A stretch of DNA of 37,502 bases from positions 1 through 37,502 of the forward strand of contig JAYNIA010000023.1 in the NCBI GenBank assembly GCA_038108555.1. The letters are read 5' to 3'. Shown here piece by piece: positions 8,600 through 17,981 of the stretch. Source of the DNA: Nitrospinota bacterium (GTDB lineage: Bacteria > Nitrospinota > Nitrospinia > Nitrospinales > VA-1). The notes beneath the pieces were generated by a model, which had not been told where the DNA came from, searched no databases, and was given only the letters and a program-made list of their open reading frames with translations. Within the stretch, counting starts at the first letter, position 1. The number at the start of each line of letters is the position of its first letter. The translations under genes were made by a program, and so were the position numbers.

Positions 8600-9475
8600 T
8601 TACTGTGACTGGATTGGATTATTTTGCAAAAATTCCTGCATCCAGGGAATGATACGTTCATGCGCGTCTTCCAACACATAATGTCCCGCATCGGGAATCC
8701 AATGAAGCTGGGCTTCCGGGAAAATTTCCTGCCACTTTTTAAAAAAATGCCGGTTGAACACAAAATCTTTCGCTCCCCAGGCAATCATTACGGGAAGTGA
8801 GGCAAACTGACTCAAATTGTCTTCAATATTTTTTACCACCGAATAGCTGGGGGCATCTGGGGTCATGGGTATATCTTGAACAAAACGCAAATTGGCTATT
8901 CGATTTGTATAATTGTTATAGGGAGCAAGGTAACCTTCACGGACCTTTTGTGTCATCCTCTCCTTATTTTTGCAGGCCATGGATACTGCAGCCAATGCAA
9001 AGGCATTCAATCCACGAATCGCGAGGTCACCAATGCCAGGAACGCGGCACAACTGCAATCTAATCGGAATTTTATCCGATAAAAAGGCAGCAGTATTAAA
9101 AATGACAAGCCTCTTGATTTTTTGCGGTTGCCGAACAGCGAACCCCATTCCAATAGCTCCACCCCAGTCATGGAGGACCAAGGTGATATCATTTAGTTCG
9201 AGTTTATCTACCAGAGCTTCGAGATTATCGATATGTTTTGCCAGCGTGTAGGAATAGTTTTGCGGCTTGTCTGATTTTCCCATTCCCATATGGTCGGGAA
9301 CAACGCAACGGTGAGTTTTTTTGAATTCCTTGATCAGGTTCCTGTAATAAAACGACCAGGTAGGATTGCCATGCAACATGAGAAGAGGTTCGCCCTGCCC
9401 TTCATCCAGATAATGATATTGATGCGAATCCAGATCCAAGAAATGTGAGGTGAAAGGATATAAATCGTCTACCAT
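8600..9475 (-). CDS. oleB: OleB-type alpha/beta hydrolase (beta-lactone decarboxylase, haloalkane dehalogenase-like)
   Basis: HGNPTWSFYYR, nucleophile HDWGG, WGAKDFVF and DAGHYVLED; start overlaps the oleA stop. Confidence 0.8.
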   Translation of the reverse strand: MVDDLYPFTSHFLDLDSHQYHYLDEGQGEPLLMLHGNPTWSFYYRNLIKEFKKTHRCVVPDHMGMGKSDKPQNYSYTLAKHIDNLEALVDKLELNDITLVLHDWGGAIGMGFAVRQPQKIKRLVIFNTAAFLSDKIPIRLQLCRVPGIGDLAIRGLNAFALAAVSMACKNKERMTQKVREGYLAPYNNYTNRIANLRFVQDIPMTPDAPSYSVVKNIEDNLSQFASLPVMIAWGAKDFVFNRHFFKKWQEIFPEAQLHWIPDAGHYVLEDAHERIIPWMQEFLQNNPIQSQ

Positions 9476-10515
9476 TCAACACCCATCATCAGGCAGTTTA
9501 GGCCGCTTCCAATTCCCAACAAAGCTGCTTTATCCCCTTTCTTTAAGACTCCTTTTTCCACGCCCATGGACAAAGTAACAGGCAGAGATGCCGACCCTGT
9601 GTTCCCCAAAAACTCGAGAGTGGAGAAGTCTTTTTCAATATCCAGGCCAACATTTTCGTACATTAATTTTCGATGCCCCTTGCCGACCTGATGACAAAAA
9701 ACACGGGCCACATCTTCATTTTGCCAACCGAGTATTTCCCGAGTTCTAACCCAGGTTTTACCTGCTAATCTGCAACCTTCCAACATCAATTTTTCAGAAT
9801 CGGTTTCCATTAAAGGTGCCCATTCTGCATGCGCCCCGGCATCATCATTCCCCCGACACAGATTATTGAACTGGGTTTCAGCAATTGATATTCCACCAAC
9901 CAGTTTATGGTTCTTGTTAGAGTTGTCTCTATGGGTGAGAAGGACACCTGCCGCTGCTGATCCGATCGTTAGGGATGCAAAAGAAGATTTCACAGTATTT
10001 CGCGTGATATCAGAGCTTGCCAAAAGGGTTTCGATGGTATTTTTCACCAACGGGCCTCCATTTTCCCCTGAAACAACCAATCCGGCCTTTATCTGACCTC
10101 TCTCAATCATGTTTGCAATGATACATATTCCGTTCAAAACACCAAGACAGGCATTAGAAACATCAAAGACAAATGATTCTTCAGGTAACCCGAGATTATT
10201 ATGAACAACGGAGGCAGTTGAAGGTTCCAAAAAGTCCCTGCATACAGACGCGGATATAAGGCAACCAATATCCTTAATATCAATTCCGGAATCTTCCAGG
10301 GCTTTTTTGCCTGCAACGGTTGCCACTTGACTGGGAAAAACTCCTTTATCCCAAAACCTTCTCTCCGAGATTCCGCTCATCAACTCCAACCGTCCCTGAG
10401 GAAGCTTCAGTTTTTCATATAGCGGGGTAAGGCGGGTTTCCAAATCAGCCGAAGTGATCCTGTTTTCCGGCAAATGGTAGCCCAACCCTTCAATACAAAC
10501 ATTTTCAAACTGCAT
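9469..10515 (-). CDS. oleA: OleA-type thiolase-fold acyl-CoA condensing enzyme (KAS III-like)
   Basis: SVCRDFLEPSTA (OleA Glu), DVSNACLG (Cys), CHQVG (His), LGNTGS (Asn) and LLGIGSGLNC; adjacent to an OleB-type gene. Confidence 0.85.
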   Translation of the reverse strand: MQFENVCIEGLGYHLPENRITSADLETRLTPLYEKLKLPQGRLELMSGISERRFWDKGVFPSQVATVAGKKALEDSGIDIKDIGCLISASVCRDFLEPSTASVVHNNLGLPEESFVFDVSNACLGVLNGICIIANMIERGQIKAGLVVSGENGGPLVKNTIETLLASSDITRNTVKSSFASLTIGSAAAGVLLTHRDNSNKNHKLVGGISIAETQFNNLCRGNDDAGAHAEWAPLMETDSEKLMLEGCRLAGKTWVRTREILGWQNEDVARVFCHQVGKGHRKLMYENVGLDIEKDFSTLEFLGNTGSASLPVTLSMGVEKGVLKKGDKAALLGIGSGLNCLMMGVEW

Positions 10516-12274
10516 CTTTATCCTCTAAGTCGCGCTTGTCTTCGAGATCAATAAACTGCATATCATAATACTTTTGATACAACCCACTGCTTGCCAGCAG
10601 GGATTCATGAGTCCCTGACTCCACAATTTTACCATCATCCATGACAAGAATCCGGTTCGCATGTTTTATAGTGGATAAACGATGGGCGATTACAAATGAG
10701 GTCCGATGCTCCATCAAATTATGCAACGCATCCTGGACCAGTTTTTCTGATTCAGAGTCCAGAGCCGAGGTCGCTTCGTCTAAAATCAGGATGGGAGCAT
10801 TTCTCAGTATCGCCCGGGCAATTGCGATCCTTTGTTTTTGTCCACCCGAAAGCTTGACCCCTCTTTCACCAATCAGGGTTTCGTATCCGTCGTCCAGGTT
10901 TCCGACAAAGTAATCCACATGAGCGGCCTTTGCAGCTGCAAGAATTTCCTCACGGGTAGATTCCCCTTCTCTTCCAAATGCAATATTATTGAGAATGGTG
11001 TCATTGAACAAAAATGTTTCCTGCGTAACGAGTGCTAAATGGCTCCTTAACGAAGATAACTTATAATCCTGAATATTTTCTCCATCAATTAAAATTTTAC
11101 CTGATGACACTTCAAAAAATCGAAAAAGTAAATCGACAAGAGTGGTTTTCCCGGCCCCACTCATACCTACGATGGCTATGACTTCAGATTTTTTGACCGT
11201 CAGATTTATTTTATCCAATACCATTTTGCTGCGGGAGGGGTATCGAAAACATACATCCTGAAACTCTATCTTTCCTTTGAAATCGACCAGTTCTTTTTGC
11301 CCTTCACGCACCTTTTCTTCTGGCATATCGAGAATCGCAAAGACACGTTCAGCCCCGGCAAGGGAAGTTTGTACACTAGCCATAATTTTAAAAAGAATTC
11401 GGATCGGCGTATACATCATGAATAAAGCCACGATAAACGCCAGAAATGTTCCCTGACTTATTTCTCCGCTCAACACTTGAGATCCGCCATACCAGAGAAT
11501 GAACGCCGAACTTGCAACACCCAGAACTTCCAAAAAAGGTGATGTCATTTCCACATATTTGACATTCTTTTTCATCACCTTTAAATAGTCGTTGTTGTAA
11601 GCCTGAAATTTTTTCAATTCCCGGGGTTCCAGCCCAAAAGCCCGGACAATTTTAATTCCAGAAAACGATTCCAATACTGTGGAGTTTATATTTCCAAGAA
11701 TTTCCTGGCCTTTATGGCTGAATTTTTTCAGCTTCCTTCCAATATTTGAAACGGGAAAAACCATTAATGGAAAAACAATTAGGGCCATAAGCGCCCAGTC
11801 CCATTTCAAATAAAACACCCATGCCAGCAAACCCATCAAGGTGACACTATTCTGAAGGAACTCTTTGAGCAAACGGGTCACACTCGATTGCATGATTGCA
11901 ACATCGTTGTTGATTCTTGAAATGAGCTGCCCCGTCTCATTGTCTTCAAAAAAACCGAAGGGTAAGCGATGGATATGGGAGAACAGTTTTTCCCGGAACT
12001 GTGTTACCAACTCCCACGAAATCCCGAACATGATCAGGTTTTGAGAATACATGAGAATAGCCTTCAGCAAATATAGGCCCACCAATGCTAGGGGGATAAC
12101 CTTCAGCATGAAATAATCTTTTTCAGTAAAAATACTATCAAAAGTCTTTTGAATGATGGGAACGGGAGAGGTGGCTATTGCCCCGACAATGATAGAGAAG
12201 AGAATGGCGAGGCATAACCTCGACATATAGGGTTTTACATAATGGAAAAGTCGCTTGTATAAATGGAAGGACAT
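10505..12274 (-). CDS. MsbA-like ABC exporter (TMD-NBD half transporter)
   Basis: Six-TM N-terminal domain; Walker A GMSGAGKT; LSGGQKQRIAIARA; ILDEATSALD; IAHRLST. Start probably ATG 12274 (the track extends to TTG 12289). The 3' end overlaps the oleA start. Confidence 0.9.
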   Translation of the reverse strand: MSFHLYKRLFHYVKPYMSRLCLAILFSIIVGAIATSPVPIIQKTFDSIFTEKDYFMLKVIPLALVGLYLLKAILMYSQNLIMFGISWELVTQFREKLFSHIHRLPFGFFEDNETGQLISRINNDVAIMQSSVTRLLKEFLQNSVTLMGLLAWVFYLKWDWALMALIVFPLMVFPVSNIGRKLKKFSHKGQEILGNINSTVLESFSGIKIVRAFGLEPRELKKFQAYNNDYLKVMKKNVKYVEMTSPFLEVLGVASSAFILWYGGSQVLSGEISQGTFLAFIVALFMMYTPIRILFKIMASVQTSLAGAERVFAILDMPEEKVREGQKELVDFKGKIEFQDVCFRYPSRSKMVLDKINLTVKKSEVIAIVGMSGAGKTTLVDLLFRFFEVSSGKILIDGENIQDYKLSSLRSHLALVTQETFLFNDTILNNIAFGREGESTREEILAAAKAAHVDYFVGNLDDGYETLIGERGVKLSGGQKQRIAIARAILRNAPILILDEATSALDSESEKLVQDALHNLMEHRTSFVIAHRLSTIKHANRILVMDDGKIVESGTHESLLASSGLYQKYYDMQFIDLEDKRDLEDKDAV

Positions 12275-12313
12275 ATGTAGAAACCGCAACTACAGAAAGG
12301 AAGTTTGTTTACC

Positions 12314-12359
12314 AAAAGAAAAGCCCCTGACATTGAAAAATATTCAATATTCAGGGGCT
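12314..12359 (-). terminator. Probable terminator after the USP gene
   Basis: AGCCCCTGA...TCAGGGGCT outer stem with inner ATTGAA/TTCAAT, followed on the minus strand by TTTCTTTT. Confidence 0.7.
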
Positions 12360-12388
12360 ATATTTTTATAGAAATGAAGAACGATCAA

Positions 12389-14380
12389 TTATGCCTTTTG
12401 AGGAAGAAAATCTTGAAGAGTCGCACCATTTTTAATGGCATCTTCCATCAGTTTTACCGACTCTTTGATTCCTGTTTCGCAAACTTCCAAAGAAATATCT
12501 TTGATATTGTTTTGCGAACACCAAGCCATTACCCGGTTGCGGGTGTTGTCCCTCATAAAACCCTGAGGAACTCTTTCTAATCGTTCCAATGCTTCCGGTG
12601 ACCAGTTAAAGTCATCCGCATTGAGCTCTGCCCCAATTTTAGAAATATCGCCGGGGATAGCCTCACTGGTTCCATTACCATTTCCATTCCCGTTACCATT
12701 GTCGGTATCATCTTTTTTGACGATTTTTTCATTGAGGATTTTATCGAGGAAGGCCGCAGTAACCTGGCCGACTTTCTGAACCCGCGCATTTTTCTCAACA
12801 CGGGCATGGGCTTTTCTCCTCAGATGTCCTTGTGGGAAGGCATTCAGTTTATCCAGTGCTTCCTGAGTCCATGTCACCTGCACGCCATCTGGTAAGGTTG
12901 TGAAGGTTTGCGAGTCTTTAGCTTCTGCTTCGGTTGCCTCAAACTCTTCTTTGTTGACAGGCAACAAACGCTCCGCTCCAGCATTACACACCGTACATTT
13001 CACAACATCACCTTTATAGAAGGTATTACAGCTGGTACACTTCAGGGTGATATCCTCAGGCGGCTTACCAGCATGTGCCTGGGCCATCTCTTCTTTCAGC
13101 ATACCCAAGCCTTCAGGATTATTCGGGTCCATTCCCTCTTTTTTCATTTTTTCACCAATGGCAGACATAGCCTGCATTGCGCCTGCCGGGAGAATTTCCT
13201 GGACAGCTTCGGTAATAACGCTGGAGGTGATCATGCTGTGTCCTCGCTCCAAGGAGTATCGAAGAATTGCCGAAGTTGCCATGGGTCGAACAAATCCTGG
13301 AATTTTTTTAAGTCGCTCTTTAGCTTCTGCGGTCCACTCAATGCTTTCTTCAGCCTGCAGATCGATCGGCGGCTTATAAACTCTGCTGGAGAGGAGAACA
13401 TTACATGGAACCAATCGCAGCAGGTTCTCAGCGTTACCTCCAATATCCATATCAGGTGCGCTGTGAACTCCAATGCGTCCCAGAATGAGGAGGTAAGGAT
13501 TTTCTTCCCGTGCATATTGCAGAATTTTTTCGAATACTTTTCCATCCAGAAGACGAATGGTGCATTCCATTTCCTCTTCTTCACAAACTTTCCGGGAAAT
13601 CTCCAGATGGGCCTGATAGATTTTCGCCAGCCCCTTATCAATGATGTCTTCATGAAGTTTTTCCTGTTGTTCAAATTTGAACACTTTGGAAGCTTCGCGG
13701 GACAATACACCGGTCAAGCTGTTGAACATTGCGTAATGAAAATAAGGGTCAAATGTGGAGATGATTTCCAAGGGACGTTTCAACCTCTTGGCCATTTCAA
13801 TTCCTGTCATCAAACCACCGAAAGAATGACCACTACCATCCACCGCAACCACAATTTTTCCACTGGAAGCCACTTCTTCATGAATCTCAGGGCAATGCTT
13901 CACTACCAGCATATCCTTGGTTGTGCGACGGATAACACGCTCGGCTACGGTACCGATCAAACTATCCTTAATTGCACCCAGCCCCAAAGCTCCCATAACA
14001 ACCAGATCGTATGGGCTTTCCTTAATATCCCGTACCAGTTCGGTCCAGTTGCGGCCTTCAAGGGATTTACCAACGAAGGGAATATCTTTTTCTTCACATT
14101 TTGCTTTGGGAACATCCAGATAGGAGTCACTGATGACTTCCATACCTTTGGTAATCAACTGGTCATGGATGTTTCGTTGTTTTTCTAGTTCTTCTTCATC
14201 CTGATACTCTTCAGGAAGACCACTTTCCATCTGGCGGAAACGAACATCGTGCATTTTCGCCGCATAAACATGGCTTGCAGTAACAATCGCGTCTGTACCC
14301 TCAGCCAATTCTATGGCAACGTCCACGCAAGCATTGGAGTAGTCAGAATTATCGACAGGTATATATATATTTTTAAACAT
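12389..14380 (-). CDS. Universal stress protein (two USP domains) fused to three PCP_red-like helical repeats and a CxxC...CxxC ribbon
   Basis: FKNIYIPVDNS...VVMGALG...GTVAERVIR and KIVVAVDGS...GGNAENLLR (USP x2). Repeats WTAEAKERLKKIPGFVR, WTQEALDKLNAFPQGHLR and WSPEALERLERVPQGFMR. CTSC...CTVC. Confidence 0.85.
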   Translation of the reverse strand: MFKNIYIPVDNSDYSNACVDVAIELAEGTDAIVTASHVYAAKMHDVRFRQMESGLPEEYQDEEELEKQRNIHDQLITKGMEVISDSYLDVPKAKCEEKDIPFVGKSLEGRNWTELVRDIKESPYDLVVMGALGLGAIKDSLIGTVAERVIRRTTKDMLVVKHCPEIHEEVASSGKIVVAVDGSGHSFGGLMTGIEMAKRLKRPLEIISTFDPYFHYAMFNSLTGVLSREASKVFKFEQQEKLHEDIIDKGLAKIYQAHLEISRKVCEEEEMECTIRLLDGKVFEKILQYAREENPYLLILGRIGVHSAPDMDIGGNAENLLRLVPCNVLLSSRVYKPPIDLQAEESIEWTAEAKERLKKIPGFVRPMATSAILRYSLERGHSMITSSVITEAVQEILPAGAMQAMSAIGEKMKKEGMDPNNPEGLGMLKEEMAQAHAGKPPEDITLKCTSCNTFYKGDVVKCTVCNAGAERLLPVNKEEFEATEAEAKDSQTFTTLPDGVQVTWTQEALDKLNAFPQGHLRRKAHARVEKNARVQKVGQVTAAFLDKILNEKIVKKDDTDNGNGNGNGNGTSEAIPGDISKIGAELNADDFNWSPEALERLERVPQGFMRDNTRNRVMAWCSQNNIKDISLEVCETGIKESVKLMEDAIKNGATLQDFLPQKA

Positions 14381-14517
14381 GGGGCTCCCTTCCCGTAGCC
14401 TGGGAAACTAAAGTTTGGAAAAATTGGGGTGTTAATTATTCAAAAACCAGGAATCGAAAAAAATTCCTGCCATTAAGACATCCATAAAAATAACTGAATC
14501 CATAAACTAACGCTGGG

Positions 14518-14545
14518 ATTTTAGCAAATTTTCCCCACCTGTCAA
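14518..14545 (-). promoter_or_regulatory. Candidate sigma-70 promoter for the USP gene
   Basis: Minus strand TTGACA-N16-TAAAAT with an extended-10 TG. Confidence 0.6.
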
Positions 14546-14773
14546 TAAGAAACAACCCAAGATAATATTGTAATTATAGGCTTTTGCAGCTTTCCAAGGA
14601 AAAATTAGATCAAGTCATTTGGAATAAAAATCCATGATTTAGGAATCTGGCTCATTGCCCCCATTAGACCAAAAATTAAAATCGAAATAATTCAATAAAA
14701 ATATAAAATAAAATATCATAAACCATTGAATTAAAATGAATTTTTTTATTTCATAAGAAAATAAAACAAGTCT

Positions 14774-14802
14774 TTGCCTGAAAAGAATTTTTTAGATACA
14801 AT
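14774..14802 (+). promoter_or_regulatory. Candidate sigma-70 promoter for the aldolase
   Basis: TTGCCT-N17-TACAAT. Confidence 0.5.
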
Positions 14803-14826
14803 GCCCTCGAGTAGGCAAATCTCATT

Positions 14827-14858
14827 TTGCAATTCCTGTCCATGGACAAAAATTGCAA
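14827..14858. repeat. 32-bp interrupted palindrome upstream of the aldolase
   Basis: TTGCAATT-cc-TGTCCATGGACA-aa-AATTGCAA: 28 of 32 positions are symmetric. Confidence 0.8.
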
Positions 14859-14941
14859 CCTCATATTAAACCGGATATTAACTCAACCAATACACCCCAC
14901 AAGGTTGCCACCAGATATTTGAAGGATATTAAGGAGAACAA

Positions 14942-16342
14942 ATGCTTTTTAATGATCAAGAAGAAATCAATCAGAGTCTAAATGGGATTGCCAGTCGCGA
15001 TAATGGCGACTTGATTATCAACGATGCAGACAAACTGCGGGGGGATATTCTTGATAAATTAGTTCTCAATGCAGCGATAAACCCCACCCCGGAAGTGAAA
15101 GGACTGAGCCGTTTTATCCTTAAATCTGCCGCTCTTGAGCTTGGAATTGTAACCTCTTCTATCCAGGGGCTATATGAAGCACGCGGACGTGGAGAAGTAA
15201 ATGGCTTTACCGTTCCCGCTTTAAATATTCGAGGACTTCCCTACGAACTTTGCAGGGCCATCTTCAGAACCGCCCTTAAAACCAACGCAGGAGCTTTCAT
15301 TTTTGAACTGGCCAAATCCGAAATGGGCTACACCTTCCAAACTCCCCAGGAACTTTCGGCTGTAATTCTGGGTGCTGCAATAAAGGAAGGTTATAAAGGA
15401 CCGGTTTTCATTCAGGGAGACCATTTCCAGGTCAACGCGAAAAACTATGCCAAAGATAAAGAAACGGAAATTGCCGGACTGAAAAAGCTGATCGAAAATG
15501 GAATTGCCGGTGGTTTTTACAATATAGATATCGATACTTCTACGCTAGTCGACCTGAGCCACGCAACCGTTGTGGAGCAACAGCGGGCCAATTTCGAAGT
15601 GGGGGTCGAACTCACAAAATACGTCCGTGAACTGGAACCGAATGGTATCACCATCTCCGTCGGCGGAGAAATTGGAGAGGTCGGAAAAGAAAATAGTAAC
15701 GAGCAGGAGTTACGCGCGTATCTGGATAATTTCAACGAATTGCTTGAAAAAGAAAAATCGGGCGCAGTGGGAATCAGCAAAATCTCCATTCAAACAGGAA
15801 CTTCGCATGGGGGCGTCCCCCTTCCCGATGGAACGGTAGCAGACGTCAACCTCGATTTCGATACCCTGGAAAACCTTTCACGGATTTCCCGGGAAAGCTA
15901 CGGGCTGGCGGGAGCGGTTCAACATGGGGCGTCTACCCTACCCCAGGATCTATTTAGTAAATTCCCCGAACTGGAAACGGCAGAAATTCACCTAGCCACC
16001 GATTTCCAAAACATGACCTACGGTAGCAGCCTGTTTCCAAATGATTTCAAAGAAGAGATATATGCTCATCTACGGAAAAAATTCGCCTCTGAGAAAAAAG
16101 AAGGCCAAACCGATGAGCAATTCATTTACAAAACACGGAAAAAAGGCTTCGGCGAATTCAAAAATGAGTTTTGGAATTTATCGAAAGAAATTCGCGAAGG
16201 AATTGGAAAAGAACTGGAAACCAAAACTGATTTCCTCTTCGACAAGTTGGCGGTAAAAAATACCAGGGCCGATGTGGTGAAAACCGTTCAGGAAGTTCCT
16301 ATTTACCCCAATCTGGAAGCAGAAGTCCTGGCCTGCAAATAA
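14942..16342 (+). CDS. Class II (metal-dependent) fructose/tagatose-bisphosphate aldolase family protein with N-terminal extension
   Basis: TVPALNIR, QGDHFQ, GGEIGEVG, GTSHGG, VQHGAS and EIHLAT; AAGGAG RBS. Confidence 0.85.
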   Translation: MLFNDQEEINQSLNGIASRDNGDLIINDADKLRGDILDKLVLNAAINPTPEVKGLSRFILKSAALELGIVTSSIQGLYEARGRGEVNGFTVPALNIRGLPYELCRAIFRTALKTNAGAFIFELAKSEMGYTFQTPQELSAVILGAAIKEGYKGPVFIQGDHFQVNAKNYAKDKETEIAGLKKLIENGIAGGFYNIDIDTSTLVDLSHATVVEQQRANFEVGVELTKYVRELEPNGITISVGGEIGEVGKENSNEQELRAYLDNFNELLEKEKSGAVGISKISIQTGTSHGGVPLPDGTVADVNLDFDTLENLSRISRESYGLAGAVQHGASTLPQDLFSKFPELETAEIHLATDFQNMTYGSSLFPNDFKEEIYAHLRKKFASEKKEGQTDEQFIYKTRKKGFGEFKNEFWNLSKEIREGIGKELETKTDFLFDKLAVKNTRADVVKTVQEVPIYPNLEAEVLACK

Positions 16343-16386
16343 CAAGGACCTCTTTGACCCATCAAATTGCCGCCCTCGCTAGAGGG

Positions 16387-17931
16387 CTACTCCAGCCATA
16401 CCTTCATATCCCGCTCATCATCTTTCAGGGAAAAAAGAGTTTGCGGAATGAATCCTGATTTTTGCGCTTTTTCCTGAATGGCTTTCAAATCGATTTTCTG
16501 TTCTTCAATTGATTTTTTCACCGATCGATCCATTACCCCTTCCAAATCATCCGCACAACGCGCCGGCATGGTGAGACTAACCTTATTGCCATTCGATTTC
16601 ACGACATGCACTTTTAAGTATTTTGCCATTTCATCAAAGGTATGGATTTCCCGGGAAGTATTTACTTCGGGAAGCTTAAGGTCACGCGCCTGGGGATAGA
16701 TATCGGAACAATGTTTATCCAGCAAAAACTGCCAAGGCATGGGGGCATTCAGCCGGTTCAGCATGGTCGTCATTCCATGCAAGGTACGCATCAGGAAAAT
16801 CAGTGGTGGGGGCGCTGCAGAACGAAACCACCATTTCAACTCACCTACGATCTGATCGAAGCGTTCGCTCATTCTCCAATCTTTTACCTTATAGGGTCCC
16901 TCCATGAGAAACGGTTCGAACAAAACAGAAAGCAGTGCCGGCAAGGTCGGGCGCAAGTCCTCCAGCTTTTCAGGATCAAATCCCAATGCTGTCAAACAGG
17001 AAACGGGATCCACATTTTCATGATTTCTTAAGGCCAGTATGATGCGTAATAACGCCAATCGCATTTCATCTGGAATTTCCAGGATGCTGCCAAAGTCGTA
17101 AAGGATTAACTGGAAGTAATTACCTTTAAATTGCCGAAAGGCCAGATTCGCCGGTTGTGGATCGGCATGCACAAACCCATGGCGAAACAACATATGGAAA
17201 TAATGTTCCAGCAGCAGCCTCCCCATAGCTTCCCTTTGAACAGGCATCATAGTTTCGGCTTTATCCAAATCAAATCCTATTTCTTTTTTCTGTACCAGGA
17301 TGTTTGGCCGGCATAGGTCTTCAATCACTTCGGGAATAACAATACGCTCCAACGGCTGGATCAATTGGCGATAACGTATCTGGTGTTTGACCTCTATTCG
17401 GTAGTCGAGTTCTTCGCTGAAATTTTGCCAGAAAGCATCGCGGTAACCGTCCATCTTAAAACCCCACTTGGCAACCGGACCAGCCTTGGGTAGCCAGCCC
17501 ATGATATCCAGTTCCGATTCAACCGCATTGGCTATTTCGGGGTATTGGATTTTAACTGCCACCTCGGTTCCATCTTTTAGTTTTCCAAAATGGACCTGAC
17601 CAAGTGATGCTGTTTTTGCAGATTTATCTAGCTTCTTAAATACAGGGGTTGGGCCATAAGCGCTTTCCAACAACCCAGTAACTTCCTGATAGGGCATGGG
17701 AGTAATGGCGTCTACCAACGACTCTCGGAGGGAATTGTCTTCGGAGTCCATGGTCATGAACTGTCCGATTTTGGTGGGAAGGCCTCTAGATTTGCCAAGC
17801 AACTCTATCAAATATTTTTTAGCCCGTTGACGCTGGTCTTCTGAGGTCGATTTCCTTATTTCCCTTGCTGCCAAACCGAGCTTGAATAAATTGGCCCCTC
17901 TTTTAAACAAAGCTCCAAGTTTCATGGGCAA
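16387..17931 (-). CDS. ABC1/UbiB (AarF) atypical kinase family protein
   Basis: KIGQ (KxGQ), ASLGQVH, VAVKIQYP, EELDY, HADPQPAN and YDFG. Confidence 0.9.
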   Translation of the reverse strand: MPMKLGALFKRGANLFKLGLAAREIRKSTSEDQRQRAKKYLIELLGKSRGLPTKIGQFMTMDSEDNSLRESLVDAITPMPYQEVTGLLESAYGPTPVFKKLDKSAKTASLGQVHFGKLKDGTEVAVKIQYPEIANAVESELDIMGWLPKAGPVAKWGFKMDGYRDAFWQNFSEELDYRIEVKHQIRYRQLIQPLERIVIPEVIEDLCRPNILVQKKEIGFDLDKAETMMPVQREAMGRLLLEHYFHMLFRHGFVHADPQPANLAFRQFKGNYFQLILYDFGSILEIPDEMRLALLRIILALRNHENVDPVSCLTALGFDPEKLEDLRPTLPALLSVLFEPFLMEGPYKVKDWRMSERFDQIVGELKWWFRSAAPPPLIFLMRTLHGMTTMLNRLNAPMPWQFLLDKHCSDIYPQARDLKLPEVNTSREIHTFDEMAKYLKVHVVKSNGNKVSLTMPARCADDLEGVMDRSVKKSIEEQKIDLKAIQEKAQKSGFIPQTLFSLKDDERDMKVWLE

Positions 17932-17981
17932 AAATTAACCTGATAAAGTGAGAAAAAAACTAATCCAGCATTTGTAAATCT

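Noticed and set aside
8600..9475. Haloalkane dehalogenase
   Set aside because: The fold is shared, but coupling to oleA points to OleB.
12671..12700. Short tandem repeat as a contingency locus
   Set aside because: It encodes an NG linker with varied codons, so it is not a perfect slippage-prone DNA repeat.
12908..14188. 426-aa plus-strand ORF
   Set aside because: Antisense shadow of the USP gene, with no motifs and atypical composition.
16372..16387. GCCCTC-GCTA-GAGGGC hairpin between the convergent aldolase and kinase genes
   Set aside because: Short stem without a U tract on either side; too weak to call a terminator.
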